Source of the DNA: Deltaproteobacteria bacterium
Lineage (GTDB): Bacteria; Bdellovibrionota; Bdellovibrionia; Bdellovibrionales; JAMPXM01
Assembly: GCA_017302795.1 (NCBI GenBank)
Contig: JAFLCB010000005.1
Coordinates: 207,668-271,667 of the forward strand
Direction: 5' to 3'
DNA length: 64,000 nt
Part shown: in pieces, positions 55,586 to 63,995 of the stretch
Layout: every line of letters starts with the position of its first letter
Numbering within the stretch: position 1 is the first letter of the stretch
Notes under the pieces: model-generated
What the model saw: only the letters and a program-made list of their open reading frames with translations
Databases searched by the model: none
Told to the model about the DNA's origin: nothing
Made by a program: the position numbers and the translations under genes

Positions 55586-56035
55586 ATGGCGATAGGACTT
55601 TCAAATGTTGAAACTAGAAAAGTGAAAAAGGCGTCCGTTAAGAAAAGTGACGAACCCAAACCATTGGCAAAGTCACGGATGGCGTCGACGTTGATAGAAA
55701 ATTCCGCGAGAGTGATGGACACGCTTTCGAATGAAACCAACGCCCAGCCTTCGGCCGTGCGAACAGCCGAGCCGGCACCAATCAAAGAACGAAAGCACAA
55801 GGCGTCTTCATCGGCGGAACTCAACTCGTTGTGGCTTGAATGGTCCAACCGAGTGGCGGGGGTCGAGCCCGAAAGCGTTACTTTACTTCTAGCCCGCCAG
55901 TGGATGGAAATCGAACGCTATGTCTTTGATCTCGTAACGGAGAATGTCCTTCGAGAACTTCGTAAAACAGCTTTTGGAGCAAAGGTCGTTTCTAAAATTG
56001 AAAAGCGAGTCGCCAGGACTCGCTTTTCTTTGTAG
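55586..56035 (+). CDS. hypothetical protein, partner of the ParA-like gene
   Basis: The ATG lies 1 nt after the ParA-like stop. 149 aa with a basic, disordered N-half and a helical C-half. No motif. Confidence 0.45.
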   Translation: MAIGLSNVETRKVKKASVKKSDEPKPLAKSRMASTLIENSARVMDTLSNETNAQPSAVRTAEPAPIKERKHKASSSAELNSLWLEWSNRVAGVEPESVTLLLARQWMEIERYVFDLVTENVLRELRKTAFGAKVVSKIEKRVARTRFSL

Positions 56036-56053
56036 AGACTTAGAATCAACTTC

Positions 56054-56791
56054 TTAGAAATAGATGTAGAATCCACCCTGAACGACAAGCCCAGAGGTAT
56101 TTGAAGAAACGCCACCCGACGATGTCGATGCGTATCGATAAACGGCATCACCGCGAATCGCGACGGAATTTCCTAGAGGAAACCACTTCAATTGTCCACC
56201 GCCCTGGAAGGTCATTACTGTTCCAGAGACTTCTGCGTTTCCAACCGTTGACGACAAACTGCCAAACTTGCCTTCAGCACCTAGGCCGTAAACAAGTTCA
56301 GTGCCTGGCGTATTCGCAACGAGGTTGTAGTCGAAAAATCCACCCGCCTCAATAACTCGAGAGCTGCTGCCGGTCGCAGATACGTAGGTCAAAGTGCCTA
56401 ACCCGCCGTATTCCATGTCGCCAGCGTTCCAGCCATATCGAGCTGTAACACCAAGGCCGGTCGTGCTCGACGAGCTTCCTGATGTCGAACGATTTTCAAG
56501 CTCCGCAGATCCACCGATAATCATCGCGCGCGAATCGCTGCCGCCGCCACCGCCCATCGAGCTTTCGCCGCCACCGCCCAAATCAATCATTTGACCCACG
56601 CGTGGACGAGCATCATCTGGAAACTGAACGATCGCCTTTTTTCCAGAGACTTTAACAACTTTCGCTTGCTGTGCTGAAGCTACAGAAGACAAGCCCACGG
56701 CGGTGAAGCCCACGGTCAACCCTGTTAAAATCATAAAATTAAAGTAACGTGCGGCGTTTCGACCCGCGCGTGATGTCGAGCTAACTTCCAT
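56054..56791 (-). CDS. small outer-membrane beta-barrel protein
   Basis: Signal peptide (LTVGFTAVGLSSVASA|QQ), a Gly-rich linker, alternating strands, and the canonical terminal ...VVQGGFYIYF. Confidence 0.65.
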   Translation of the reverse strand: MEVSSTSRAGRNAARYFNFMILTGLTVGFTAVGLSSVASAQQAKVVKVSGKKAIVQFPDDARPRVGQMIDLGGGGESSMGGGGGSDSRAMIIGGSAELENRSTSGSSSSTTGLGVTARYGWNAGDMEYGGLGTLTYVSATGSSSRVIEAGGFFDYNLVANTPGTELVYGLGAEGKFGSLSSTVGNAEVSGTVMTFQGGGQLKWFPLGNSVAIRGDAVYRYASTSSGGVSSNTSGLVVQGGFYIYF

Positions 56792-56888
56792 GATGCCATC
56801 CTCCGATGAATTTTTTCTGACGCCCCTACTAGGGTACTTGGACCTGTTGGGTGGTCAACTGCGACTAGGAGGAAAGCAGGACGAATGT

Positions 56889-57137
56889 CTATGTTCCGCT
56901 TGGTCGGCGAGGTGTCTTGCTCATCACCAATTCGGCGATCGCGACCAACGTTAGAAATTTCTGGCTGGCGATTTCATCAAGGCCAAATTCTATAGAAAAC
57001 TTTTTTTCCAGCCGAACGGCGAGTACAATCAAATCCAAGGAAGCAAGCTCCAAACCATCTCGCCAATTGATTCCCGCTTCCTCAATACATGCGCTTACCA
57101 GCTTAATAGTTTCTTCGACGCTCAAATCACCTGACAT
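56889..57137 (-). CDS. acyl/peptidyl carrier protein (DltC/AlmF-like)
   Basis: 82 aa. The phosphopantetheine-site context GLELASLDLIVLAVRLEKKF aligns with the (D)SLD..ELV..LE helix-2 motif of carrier proteins. Confidence 0.6.
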   Translation of the reverse strand: MSGDLSVEETIKLVSACIEEAGINWRDGLELASLDLIVLAVRLEKKFSIEFGLDEIASQKFLTLVAIAELVMSKTPRRPSGT

Positions 57138-57189
57138 TTTTCCAAACTATCACTTTAACCGCAGTGAAACAACAGGGCACAATTAGTAG

Positions 57190-57828
57190 ATGGGTGAGAC
57201 GGGTACTTCGTGTGAAACCGAATTGTATTTTCAGCGCTTAAAAGCATTGCGCCAAGTTGTTCTATCGACTGCCACCCCTAGCGCCGATGTAGCGGCAACC
57301 ACCGCCAGGGAACTGGTGTCCAAGTATGTTGAGTTGATGTCCCGGACTGACGAAGGACCACGTCCGAATGTGGTATCGAGGCAGGCGGAGTTTTCGGGTG
57401 ACGTTCACGGCCTGTGGCTTTTGAATGCGGAAGCTCGATACTTTTGCATGGTCTCAAAAGAATACGGCCGCTCCTCGGCGCAAATTTGCCATATCCTAAA
57501 TTTGGTGATCAAAAAGTTCCCTGCTGGAATCACTATCAGTGAACCAGAATCAAATTCACTTGTACCAGTGCTGCTATTGAATCTCGCGCGTATTCAGCGC
57601 GAGGCAGGCGAATTAGTTTCCGCCCGGTTTCGCTCCGCCCAGCTGGCCGAATTTATCGGAAATCCGTCCAAAATATTTAACCTCACGTCTTTTCCGCTAG
57701 AAGTTTCTTCGCAAGCCGGAGAAATCGGCGACTGGTGCCGTCGAAATCTAACTAACTCGAGTCGCCACTATATTCTACGCAAACTAGTAAATTTCGACCA
57801 ATCTTTGGCCCAAAGAAAGCATGAATAA
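57190..57828 (+). CDS. hypothetical cytoplasmic protein, translationally coupled to the adenylating enzyme
   Basis: 212 aa with no TM helix and no motif. Its last 8 nt overlap the ATG (57821) of the AMP-ligase gene. Confidence 0.5.
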   Translation: MGETGTSCETELYFQRLKALRQVVLSTATPSADVAATTARELVSKYVELMSRTDEGPRPNVVSRQAEFSGDVHGLWLLNAEARYFCMVSKEYGRSSAQICHILNLVIKKFPAGITISEPESNSLVPVLLLNLARIQREAGELVSARFRSAQLAEFIGNPSKIFNLTSFPLEVSSQAGEIGDWCRRNLTNSSRHYILRKLVNFDQSLAQRKHE

Positions 57829-59287
57829 AAACCTACTAATCCGACTTTTCGAAAACAGAATATCAATGGGCAGCCAAAGCGCCCTTCTCGATTTTGATTC
57901 AGGTTGCGACTTAACCTGGTCAGAGATTTGGGCGACCAGTCTATCGGTGTCTCAGAAAGCGCGAGAAGCGGCGCCAGACAGGAAGTACTTCGTCTGCGTG
58001 ACAAAAGACCCGACACTTTCCTGTCTTTTTTTATTCGGTTCTTGGCTAAGCAACGTGACTCCGATTTTGGTCAACCCAAATTTCACCAGGTCGGAAATTG
58101 AAAATGTTGAAGCTTCTTTGTGCGCCCAGGGAGAAGGCAGCCATTCTTGGCTATGTGACGAGACCACAAATGAAAAAATCAAGACCGCCCGCCGAGACCG
58201 CAGCGCGCCCATCGTAAAATTTGATATCGCCTCTTTGAAGAACAAACCGGCTGAAGCCGAAGTGGCGAGGGAGAGCCTCCTTCCTCTGACCTCGAAAGAA
58301 ATAGATGCGCTGGGTTTGTTCACTTCAGGATCGACGCAAATACCAAAACTCGTGAAGTTCTCTCATCACAATCTGCTCCGATCAGCGGAGATCGAAATTG
58401 AAAACGACAAACGTCTTCAACAGACGACTGTCGTGAATCTTCGACCGCACTTTACATCTGGTGGATGTAACTCGCTTTGGCCGTGGGTATACGGCGGAGG
58501 GCGAATGATATTTTCGAACGCGGCTGCGCAGCTTCCTAATGCGAGAATTATCCGAAACCTTCTGTTCAAAACAAAGCCAGAGCTGCTGATCTGTTCACCG
58601 AGCATGCTGAACGTCCTCGCCGAATCCAATGACGGCCATCCACTGTCGGATGTGCCGCTGCCAACCTACTTTGGAGGCATGTCGGTCAGCGAAACCGTTT
58701 TAACTTCACTGGTTTCGATGGGTCTATGTCCCTGGATGAGATACGGAATGACAGAAGTTGGTCACATCATTTCCAAAATCGATTTAACCCAAGGTCCGCC
58801 CTATCCAGAAAAAAGCGATGTCGGACAGGTCTACCGGGGCCTTCACGCGAAGTCTGACTCCGGTTATCTCGTATTTCGGGGCGACGGAATTGCGAGGTCA
58901 TGTGTGGCCAAGGGGGCCGACTTTGTCAGTGACGATCGAGGTGAAGTAAGAGGTGCTCGGATAATTCTTCGCGGGAGAGAAAACAAAATCGCTAACGTTA
59001 ACGGGTTTCGATTTCCAATCGCTGAGGTTCAAAGGGCCATGGAGTCTCACCGTGAACTTAAACATGTTCTCGCGCTAGCGATTCCAAATGGGTTCAAAGG
59101 CGACGAAATTGTTGTTTTCTTTCAGCCGAACGAGCCAGGCGGAGTTGACGAAATTGCACTGCGACTATCTATGCAAAATCTGTTGGTCAACTTCAAGCGG
59201 CCAAACAGGTACATCCTGGTTCATGCTTGGCCCTTCACTGCAAACGGAAAAGTAAACCAAGCAGCTTTGATGGATCTACTAAAGTAG
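57821..59287 (+). CDS. stand-alone adenylate-forming enzyme (ANL superfamily; DltA/AlmE-like carrier-protein ligase)
   Basis: Core motifs: A3 LFTSGSTQIPKLV, A5 YGMTEVG, A7 SDDRG, A8 LRGRENKIANVNGFRFPIAEV, A10 NGKVNQAAL. No condensation or thioesterase domain. Confidence 0.8.
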   Translation: MNKNLLIRLFENRISMGSQSALLDFDSGCDLTWSEIWATSLSVSQKAREAAPDRKYFVCVTKDPTLSCLFLFGSWLSNVTPILVNPNFTRSEIENVEASLCAQGEGSHSWLCDETTNEKIKTARRDRSAPIVKFDIASLKNKPAEAEVARESLLPLTSKEIDALGLFTSGSTQIPKLVKFSHHNLLRSAEIEIENDKRLQQTTVVNLRPHFTSGGCNSLWPWVYGGGRMIFSNAAAQLPNARIIRNLLFKTKPELLICSPSMLNVLAESNDGHPLSDVPLPTYFGGMSVSETVLTSLVSMGLCPWMRYGMTEVGHIISKIDLTQGPPYPEKSDVGQVYRGLHAKSDSGYLVFRGDGIARSCVAKGADFVSDDRGEVRGARIILRGRENKIANVNGFRFPIAEVQRAMESHRELKHVLALAIPNGFKGDEIVVFFQPNEPGGVDEIALRLSMQNLLVNFKRPNRYILVHAWPFTANGKVNQAALMDLLK

Positions 59288-60409
59288 TTCGATCTTCCCG
59301 CCTCCGGGCGTATCGACCATATAGTGAGGCAAGTTGATTTCAGTTTTCCAGTCTATACCGCTGCGTAGTTCTCTGATCATCTTCACATCATCGGCGATCA
59401 GAGTTCTAAAGTGCGACGACCCAAAAGTAAGGTCACAATGATAGGCATAGTAAGGCTGTACGCCCATCAGCAGAAGCTTTTGATTCAAAAGTCTTAGCAC
59501 TTCGGGCCGATCGTTGATTCCCTTAAGTATGACCGTGTGGTTGTTAACGACACAGCCCGCATTCCGCAGCATGCGGCACGATCGTAGCGCTTCGTTCGAG
59601 CATTCGTCAGGATGATTGAAGTGCGTATGAATATAGAGTGGCTGATATTTCTTTAAAACTTCCAGCAGCGAGTCCGTAACACGAAACGGTAGCGTAACAA
59701 GGTTTCGAGTTCCCAGGCGAACGATCTCAACATGTTCGATGCTGCGGGCTTTTTCGAGAAGCTCGTCCAACTGTTTATCAGCAAACGAGAAGATGTCACC
59801 GCCACTAAGAATAATTTCACGCAGACTTGGATTTTTTCGAATGTGGTCTAACGCATCGTTAATCTGCTTTTGTTGCAGGGCAGACCCCGCATCTGACACT
59901 TTTCTTTTTCGGGTACAGAAGCGGCAATACATTGCACAGTGATGCGTTGTGTACAGCATCGCACGGTCAGGATACCGATGCGTCAACCCGGGAACCGGCA
60001 TCATTTGGTCTTCTTTGGGAAAATCTCTAAGTTCGTATTCAAGTTGAATATTTTCGGCGCTCGATGGCATTCCCTGCCGGCGAATAGGGCAATCGGGATT
60101 CTCGTGATCCATCAGCGAAAAATAATAGGGAGTAATTGAAAAGTTGAAGTCAGTCTGAGTACGCCGGATGTCCTCGGCCAGCGCGAAAATGTCTAAGCCT
60201 TTGACGTTTTCTAGTTTCAACGCAGCTTCTAGCTTTTCGATCGAATCAATCCTGTTTCGTAACTGCCACGGCCACGAGGACCAATCTTGCGCAGATACGT
60301 CCTGCCAGATCTTTAGAGGTCTGGTTGATCGGAATTCGAGTTTCTCGCTCATTGTCCCATTATCCCGCATTTTCGAAAGTGCGCAAATTAAAGTCCGACT
60401 AGCGAACAA
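59279..60409 (-). CDS. kamA: lysine 2,3-aminomutase family radical-SAM/PLP enzyme (KamA/EpmB-like), apparently intact
   Basis: HRYPDRAMLYTTHHCAMYCRFCTRKRK (CxxxCxxC), SGGDIF (SAM site), HTHFNHPDE, GINDRPEV, YHCDLTFGSSHFRT and VDTPGGGK. Both Asp that bind the lysine epsilon-amine and the PLP-Lys of C. subterminale KamA (aligned from memory) are retained. The start is TTG 60409, or ATG 60370 or 60352. Confidence 0.85.
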   Translation of the reverse strand: MFASRTLICALSKMRDNGTMSEKLEFRSTRPLKIWQDVSAQDWSSWPWQLRNRIDSIEKLEAALKLENVKGLDIFALAEDIRRTQTDFNFSITPYYFSLMDHENPDCPIRRQGMPSSAENIQLEYELRDFPKEDQMMPVPGLTHRYPDRAMLYTTHHCAMYCRFCTRKRKVSDAGSALQQKQINDALDHIRKNPSLREIILSGGDIFSFADKQLDELLEKARSIEHVEIVRLGTRNLVTLPFRVTDSLLEVLKKYQPLYIHTHFNHPDECSNEALRSCRMLRNAGCVVNNHTVILKGINDRPEVLRLLNQKLLLMGVQPYYAYHCDLTFGSSHFRTLIADDVKMIRELRSGIDWKTEINLPHYMVDTPGGGKIELL

Positions 60410-61673
60410 GTCCTAGTACCGATTTATAGATTCCAAGAATGATGATCGTAGAAATCCATCGTACATAGTCCAGGACCGTCCACCGCCCGATTGATTTTTC
60501 ATGTTGATGCTCGCCAAGGCGGCCCTGCCCAGGAATCAATAAAAACACAATCAAGAATCCAATCATTGCCAAGCCCGTCACAGGTGGACGTTCTAAATCT
60601 GCTCTGTACCCAACTTGGACTCCAACAAGAACCGCATAAGAAGCTATGGCCGCAATAAAGTAGGACATTGTAGTCGAGTATCCACTGCGAACGAGCCAAA
60701 GTCCCAATGGCCGGACGCCAACATCGACGACGAAATCTCGCACGTAGGAGCTGTGGCGTCGCAGGTAGTCCAGCGGCGAACGCGCCAATAACGGCAAATG
60801 CATATCATATTTCAACTCGTAACCAAGAAACCGGCCTAGCGAGATTTGGAAAGCCATTCCCGCCGTTTGCTGAAAATAAATGATCACTAGCCAGTACAAA
60901 CCCAGTGCCAAGTGAACAGCAGCAAGGTCAACACCGGTTTTTCCCCCCGGAAGAAAAAAAAGATTTCGCCAAAAATACTCGTTAGCCAAACTAAAAATAC
61001 CCATCAAAAAAATTCCCCACAACCCCATTCCAAGGATTCTGAGGCTCTCGGCGGGTATTAACGAACGGCCTTGGGCTTTCGATTTGTGGAAATACGAGTA
61101 TTGCACGTATTGAATTTGTCCTGGCAGTAGAAAAAAAATCGGACAGAACAGGTATTCCAAAAACTCGATTAGGCCGTGTTCCTGAAATCTCAAATAGACT
61201 CGATGATCAACAATCCAACTTAAAAATCGCATCGCAAAGCAGGTTTTAAAGAGAATCAAAACTGTCAGCTGTGGCCCCGTCAATTGAGCTTTCCATGCAT
61301 AGAGAATCAATGGAATATACGCGAGCAGAATCCCCACTGACACGGCTACCCCCACCGGCAGCTGACCTTGGGCGCGACGGCGGGCGAAATAAAACAACGA
61401 GATCGAAACAAATATGAACGCGAGTGCAGCCATCGCATTCATTGAGACCAGCACGAAACTAAGCAAAGACAAAGCAACACCCGTCGTCCGACGTGCCGCC
61501 AAAGTTTGATTCGGTATAATTTCAGGAAGAAATCGAATGATCAGGACAACAAGTGGCAGAACCGCAATTGTCATCGGAAACGAGCTGAAAGTCGTAGCTG
61601 ATGAAATAGATCGAAAGTGAAAACTTTCACCGCAAATGTATGCAACACTGGCGGCGGCCGCAGAAAGCAACAA
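60399..61673 (-). CDS. divergent MBOAT-family membrane protein (DltB/AlgI-like), copy 1
   Basis: About 10 TM helices. LIEFLEYLFCPIFFLLPGQI parallels the MBOAT F.EF.SY.FFFP....GPI block. ...LGRFLGYELKYDMHLPLLARSPLDYLRRHSSYVRDF parallels FG...P.NF..P..A.S...FWRRWH.SLS.W.RDY, with the catalytic-type His retained. The N-terminus is uncertain (TTG 61673 or ATG 61574). Confidence 0.6.
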   Translation of the reverse strand: MLLSAAAASVAYICGESFHFRSISSATTFSSFPMTIAVLPLVVLIIRFLPEIIPNQTLAARRTTGVALSLLSFVLVSMNAMAALAFIFVSISLFYFARRRAQGQLPVGVAVSVGILLAYIPLILYAWKAQLTGPQLTVLILFKTCFAMRFLSWIVDHRVYLRFQEHGLIEFLEYLFCPIFFLLPGQIQYVQYSYFHKSKAQGRSLIPAESLRILGMGLWGIFLMGIFSLANEYFWRNLFFLPGGKTGVDLAAVHLALGLYWLVIIYFQQTAGMAFQISLGRFLGYELKYDMHLPLLARSPLDYLRRHSSYVRDFVVDVGVRPLGLWLVRSGYSTTMSYFIAAIASYAVLVGVQVGYRADLERPPVTGLAMIGFLIVFLLIPGQGRLGEHQHEKSIGRWTVLDYVRWISTIIILGIYKSVLGLVR

Positions 61674-61707
61674 GAGGGCAAAGATTGAAACAGCGGGCGA
61701 AAAAATC

Positions 61708-62484
61708 CTAGCGCTCGCGATAAGAAAACTCCTGATTTCGATAGTTCCTGAAGATATAGGTTCCGTCTTTGTAGGACTTTATATATTCCGGAACTAGCGC
61801 TGTACCTGCTTCTTGCGCCAAAGATACATGAAATGAAACAGCCAAGCCGGATGTCCACCCCCGTAGTGTCTCTAAAATTTCAATTCCTTTTTCTTGTTTC
61901 ACAAAAAGCCCTGCCTTTTTAGAAATCGAGCACTCTGAAAACAAAACATAAGGCCGAACCCTCATCATCAACAGCTTGTGATTGAGGTCCATGATTGTCT
62001 TAGGATCATCATTGATGCCGGCCAGCAAGGTGGTCTGGTTCGAAATAACAAAGCCGGCGCTCATCAATCGGTCGCAAGCGACCAGCGCCTCACTGGTGCA
62101 TTCGGCCGGATGCTGGAAACCAGAAATCAAGGTCTTTTGCTCGAGGGGTGGGTTGTTGAAATCCAAAGTCGCCACACACATCGGGCTTGTCTGCAACAAT
62201 CGGCTTTTAAAACAGCTAACTCCGACAACTTCACAGGGAACTTTTTCGAAAGACGTCGACGCTTCCGCGAGGAAACCTCTGTATTCTCTACCCTTCGCGG
62301 TAAGTGACTGAATCTCATTGAGCAGCGAAAAACCGTATGGGCTATCAAAATCCCAATCAGCTTCTTTTGTTGGCTGTGCATGCCTTTGCCAATTTGAATC
62401 TACCCAGGTCTCTTCCGAAACAGATTCAAAGGATTCGTGCCGAATCAGCGGATGGAATTTCTTCGAGATAGATGGATAGACCAT
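61708..62484 (-). CDS. degenerate KamA-like protein lacking the radical-SAM cluster motif, SAM site and PLP lysine
   Basis: The C-terminal half is homologous to the KamA next door: FQHPAECTSEALVACDRLMSAGFVISNQTTLLAGINDDPKTIMDLNHKLLMMRVRPY versus FNHPDECSNEALRSCRMLRNAGCVVNNHTVILKGINDRPEVLRLLNQKLLLMGVQPY. There is no CxxxCxxC and no GGD/E; CDL is replaced by ECSI and VDTPGGGK by VSLAQEAG. The start is taken at ATG 62484. Confidence 0.6.
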   Translation of the reverse strand: MVYPSISKKFHPLIRHESFESVSEETWVDSNWQRHAQPTKEADWDFDSPYGFSLLNEIQSLTAKGREYRGFLAEASTSFEKVPCEVVGVSCFKSRLLQTSPMCVATLDFNNPPLEQKTLISGFQHPAECTSEALVACDRLMSAGFVISNQTTLLAGINDDPKTIMDLNHKLLMMRVRPYVLFSECSISKKAGLFVKQEKGIEILETLRGWTSGLAVSFHVSLAQEAGTALVPEYIKSYKDGTYIFRNYRNQEFSYRER

Positions 62485-62522
62485 CGCTAGATGATATTGC
62501 GACAGAGGATCTAAATGAAGTC

Positions 62523-63734
62523 CTAAAAACCAGAACGAATAGAAAATATCACCGAGTATCCTGCGATCAAAATTAGGAAGGTCAGAACTCTCGAACGTAC
62601 CGAGCCATCGCCAAAAGCCCAGTTTCGAAAACCACGAGGAATGATTTCCGGTAGCACTGTCATGCAAAAGAAGATTCCAGTAATCACGAGTCCAACCGCC
62701 GTGCTCCGATCGTTCCTATAAGGCTGGAACCCGATCTGGGTCAGCGTGAAGGCCGAAAAGATCGCCATCAGTACGATGAGGCGCCCCCAGATGAGCCCTG
62801 AATTTCTTCGGAACGCCGCCGTCATCAGGGGCTTCACTAGAATTTCAAGGATGAACTCTCGAACATAAAAATGCATTCGTTTCCAGTAGTCCCCGGGTGA
62901 AGTCGCACGCCAGGGTGCGTTCATATCTAATGAAATCTGAAATCCGCTGCAGCTTAAAAAGGAAATTTGAACCATCACATTCGCCGCGTGAAAGATAATG
63001 GCTGTCGCGACGCTTAGAATACCGCCCACCACACTGGAGCCAACGAATTCAAAAGCTGAGAGATTTTTAAAATAGGCCGTCTGCAAAAAACCATAAGCCA
63101 CAAGAAGAGTCAGCCCAAAGGTGAAGGTAGCAACTGTTTTATTGTGAGTCTTTATCTCGTTCATTTTCCCAGAAAAGAACCGACTTGGCGTTAAAACATT
63201 GAGATCGTTTGTGAACATAAAAAATGCTGGGTGGAAAAAGAATTCCACAAATTGATCTAAACTGTAGCTTCGTCCGTAAACTCGAACTGACACAATCCAA
63301 GCAAATAGCTTGATTCCCCAAGAAGTATGAATCATCAACACCAGCCATGCAAACGGCGCTGATTTGTCGATATAGAACGATCGATTCGCCCAAAACAGTA
63401 GCGGAATCAGAATCAGAATCAGTAGCGCGGTCAACCACCTTGCCTGCGGCTTCAGCTGAGCCACAAAGAATGCCACTGCAAGAATTAGAAACCCTGCAAT
63501 CAACGAATAGAGGCTTTGAACGAAAATGAAAGGTCCAAGCAGATACAACCAATGACGGACTTTGATAGGAAGAACTGACGAGGCCAGCAGAAAGACCGGA
63601 ATCGTAGCTAGCGCCGATAGCACTTCAGCTGAATCCAAGCTGAAGGCGGAAAAGTACTTTAGTTCTTTCGGTAAAAGAAAAAAGAGCGTCCAAAGTACTA
63701 CAGCTTGAAAAAGTAGAAACTGGCGACTAGTCAT
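62523..63734 (-). CDS. divergent MBOAT-family membrane protein (DltB/AlgI-like), copy 2
   Basis: A paralogue of 60399..61673: LDQFVEFFFHPAFFMFTN and ...GFQISLDMNAPWRATSPGDYWKRMHFYVREF, with the same His-containing block. About 10 TM helices. ATG at 63734. Confidence 0.6.
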   Translation of the reverse strand: MTSRQFLLFQAVVLWTLFFLLPKELKYFSAFSLDSAEVLSALATIPVFLLASSVLPIKVRHWLYLLGPFIFVQSLYSLIAGFLILAVAFFVAQLKPQARWLTALLILILIPLLFWANRSFYIDKSAPFAWLVLMIHTSWGIKLFAWIVSVRVYGRSYSLDQFVEFFFHPAFFMFTNDLNVLTPSRFFSGKMNEIKTHNKTVATFTFGLTLLVAYGFLQTAYFKNLSAFEFVGSSVVGGILSVATAIIFHAANVMVQISFLSCSGFQISLDMNAPWRATSPGDYWKRMHFYVREFILEILVKPLMTAAFRRNSGLIWGRLIVLMAIFSAFTLTQIGFQPYRNDRSTAVGLVITGIFFCMTVLPEIIPRGFRNWAFGDGSVRSRVLTFLILIAGYSVIFSIRSGF

Positions 63735-63782
63735 CGCACTTCCACTCTCTAGAGATGCCTATGGCCTTATTTTTTGAAACCA

Positions 63783-63995
63783 TCATTCCGCGGACTTCAT
63801 ATTCACAGAGTTTTTTTCAATATATCGGAGCCCTGACGCGGTAAGCAGATTTAGTTCGCAGACGTCGTTGCCGTAGACCAGGCTGGCGTCTGCAACAACT
63901 GTGTATTTTATTAATCGCGAAAGTTTAATGCAGTCGTCGTCACTTTTAAACTCGATTTGATACTGCGATGTTTTTCGTGCCTGAGACGAAAACAT
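63783..63995 (-). CDS. small hypothetical protein at the head of the MBOAT/KamA gene string (may extend beyond the window)
   Basis: 70 aa from the ATG at 63995. No in-frame stop lies between that ATG and the window edge, so the ORF could be longer. No motif. Confidence 0.3.
   Translation of the reverse strand: MFSSQARKTSQYQIEFKSDDDCIKLSRLIKYTVVADASLVYGNDVCELNLLTASGLRYIEKNSVNMKSAE

Noticed and set aside
62485-62667. Longer start (62667) for the KamA-like pseudo-enzyme
   Set aside because: It would overlap 145 nt of the MBOAT-2 gene. The C-terminal TM helix of MBOAT-2 in that stretch parallels the C-terminus of MBOAT-1, so the MBOAT frame is the coding one. ATG 62484 is preferred.
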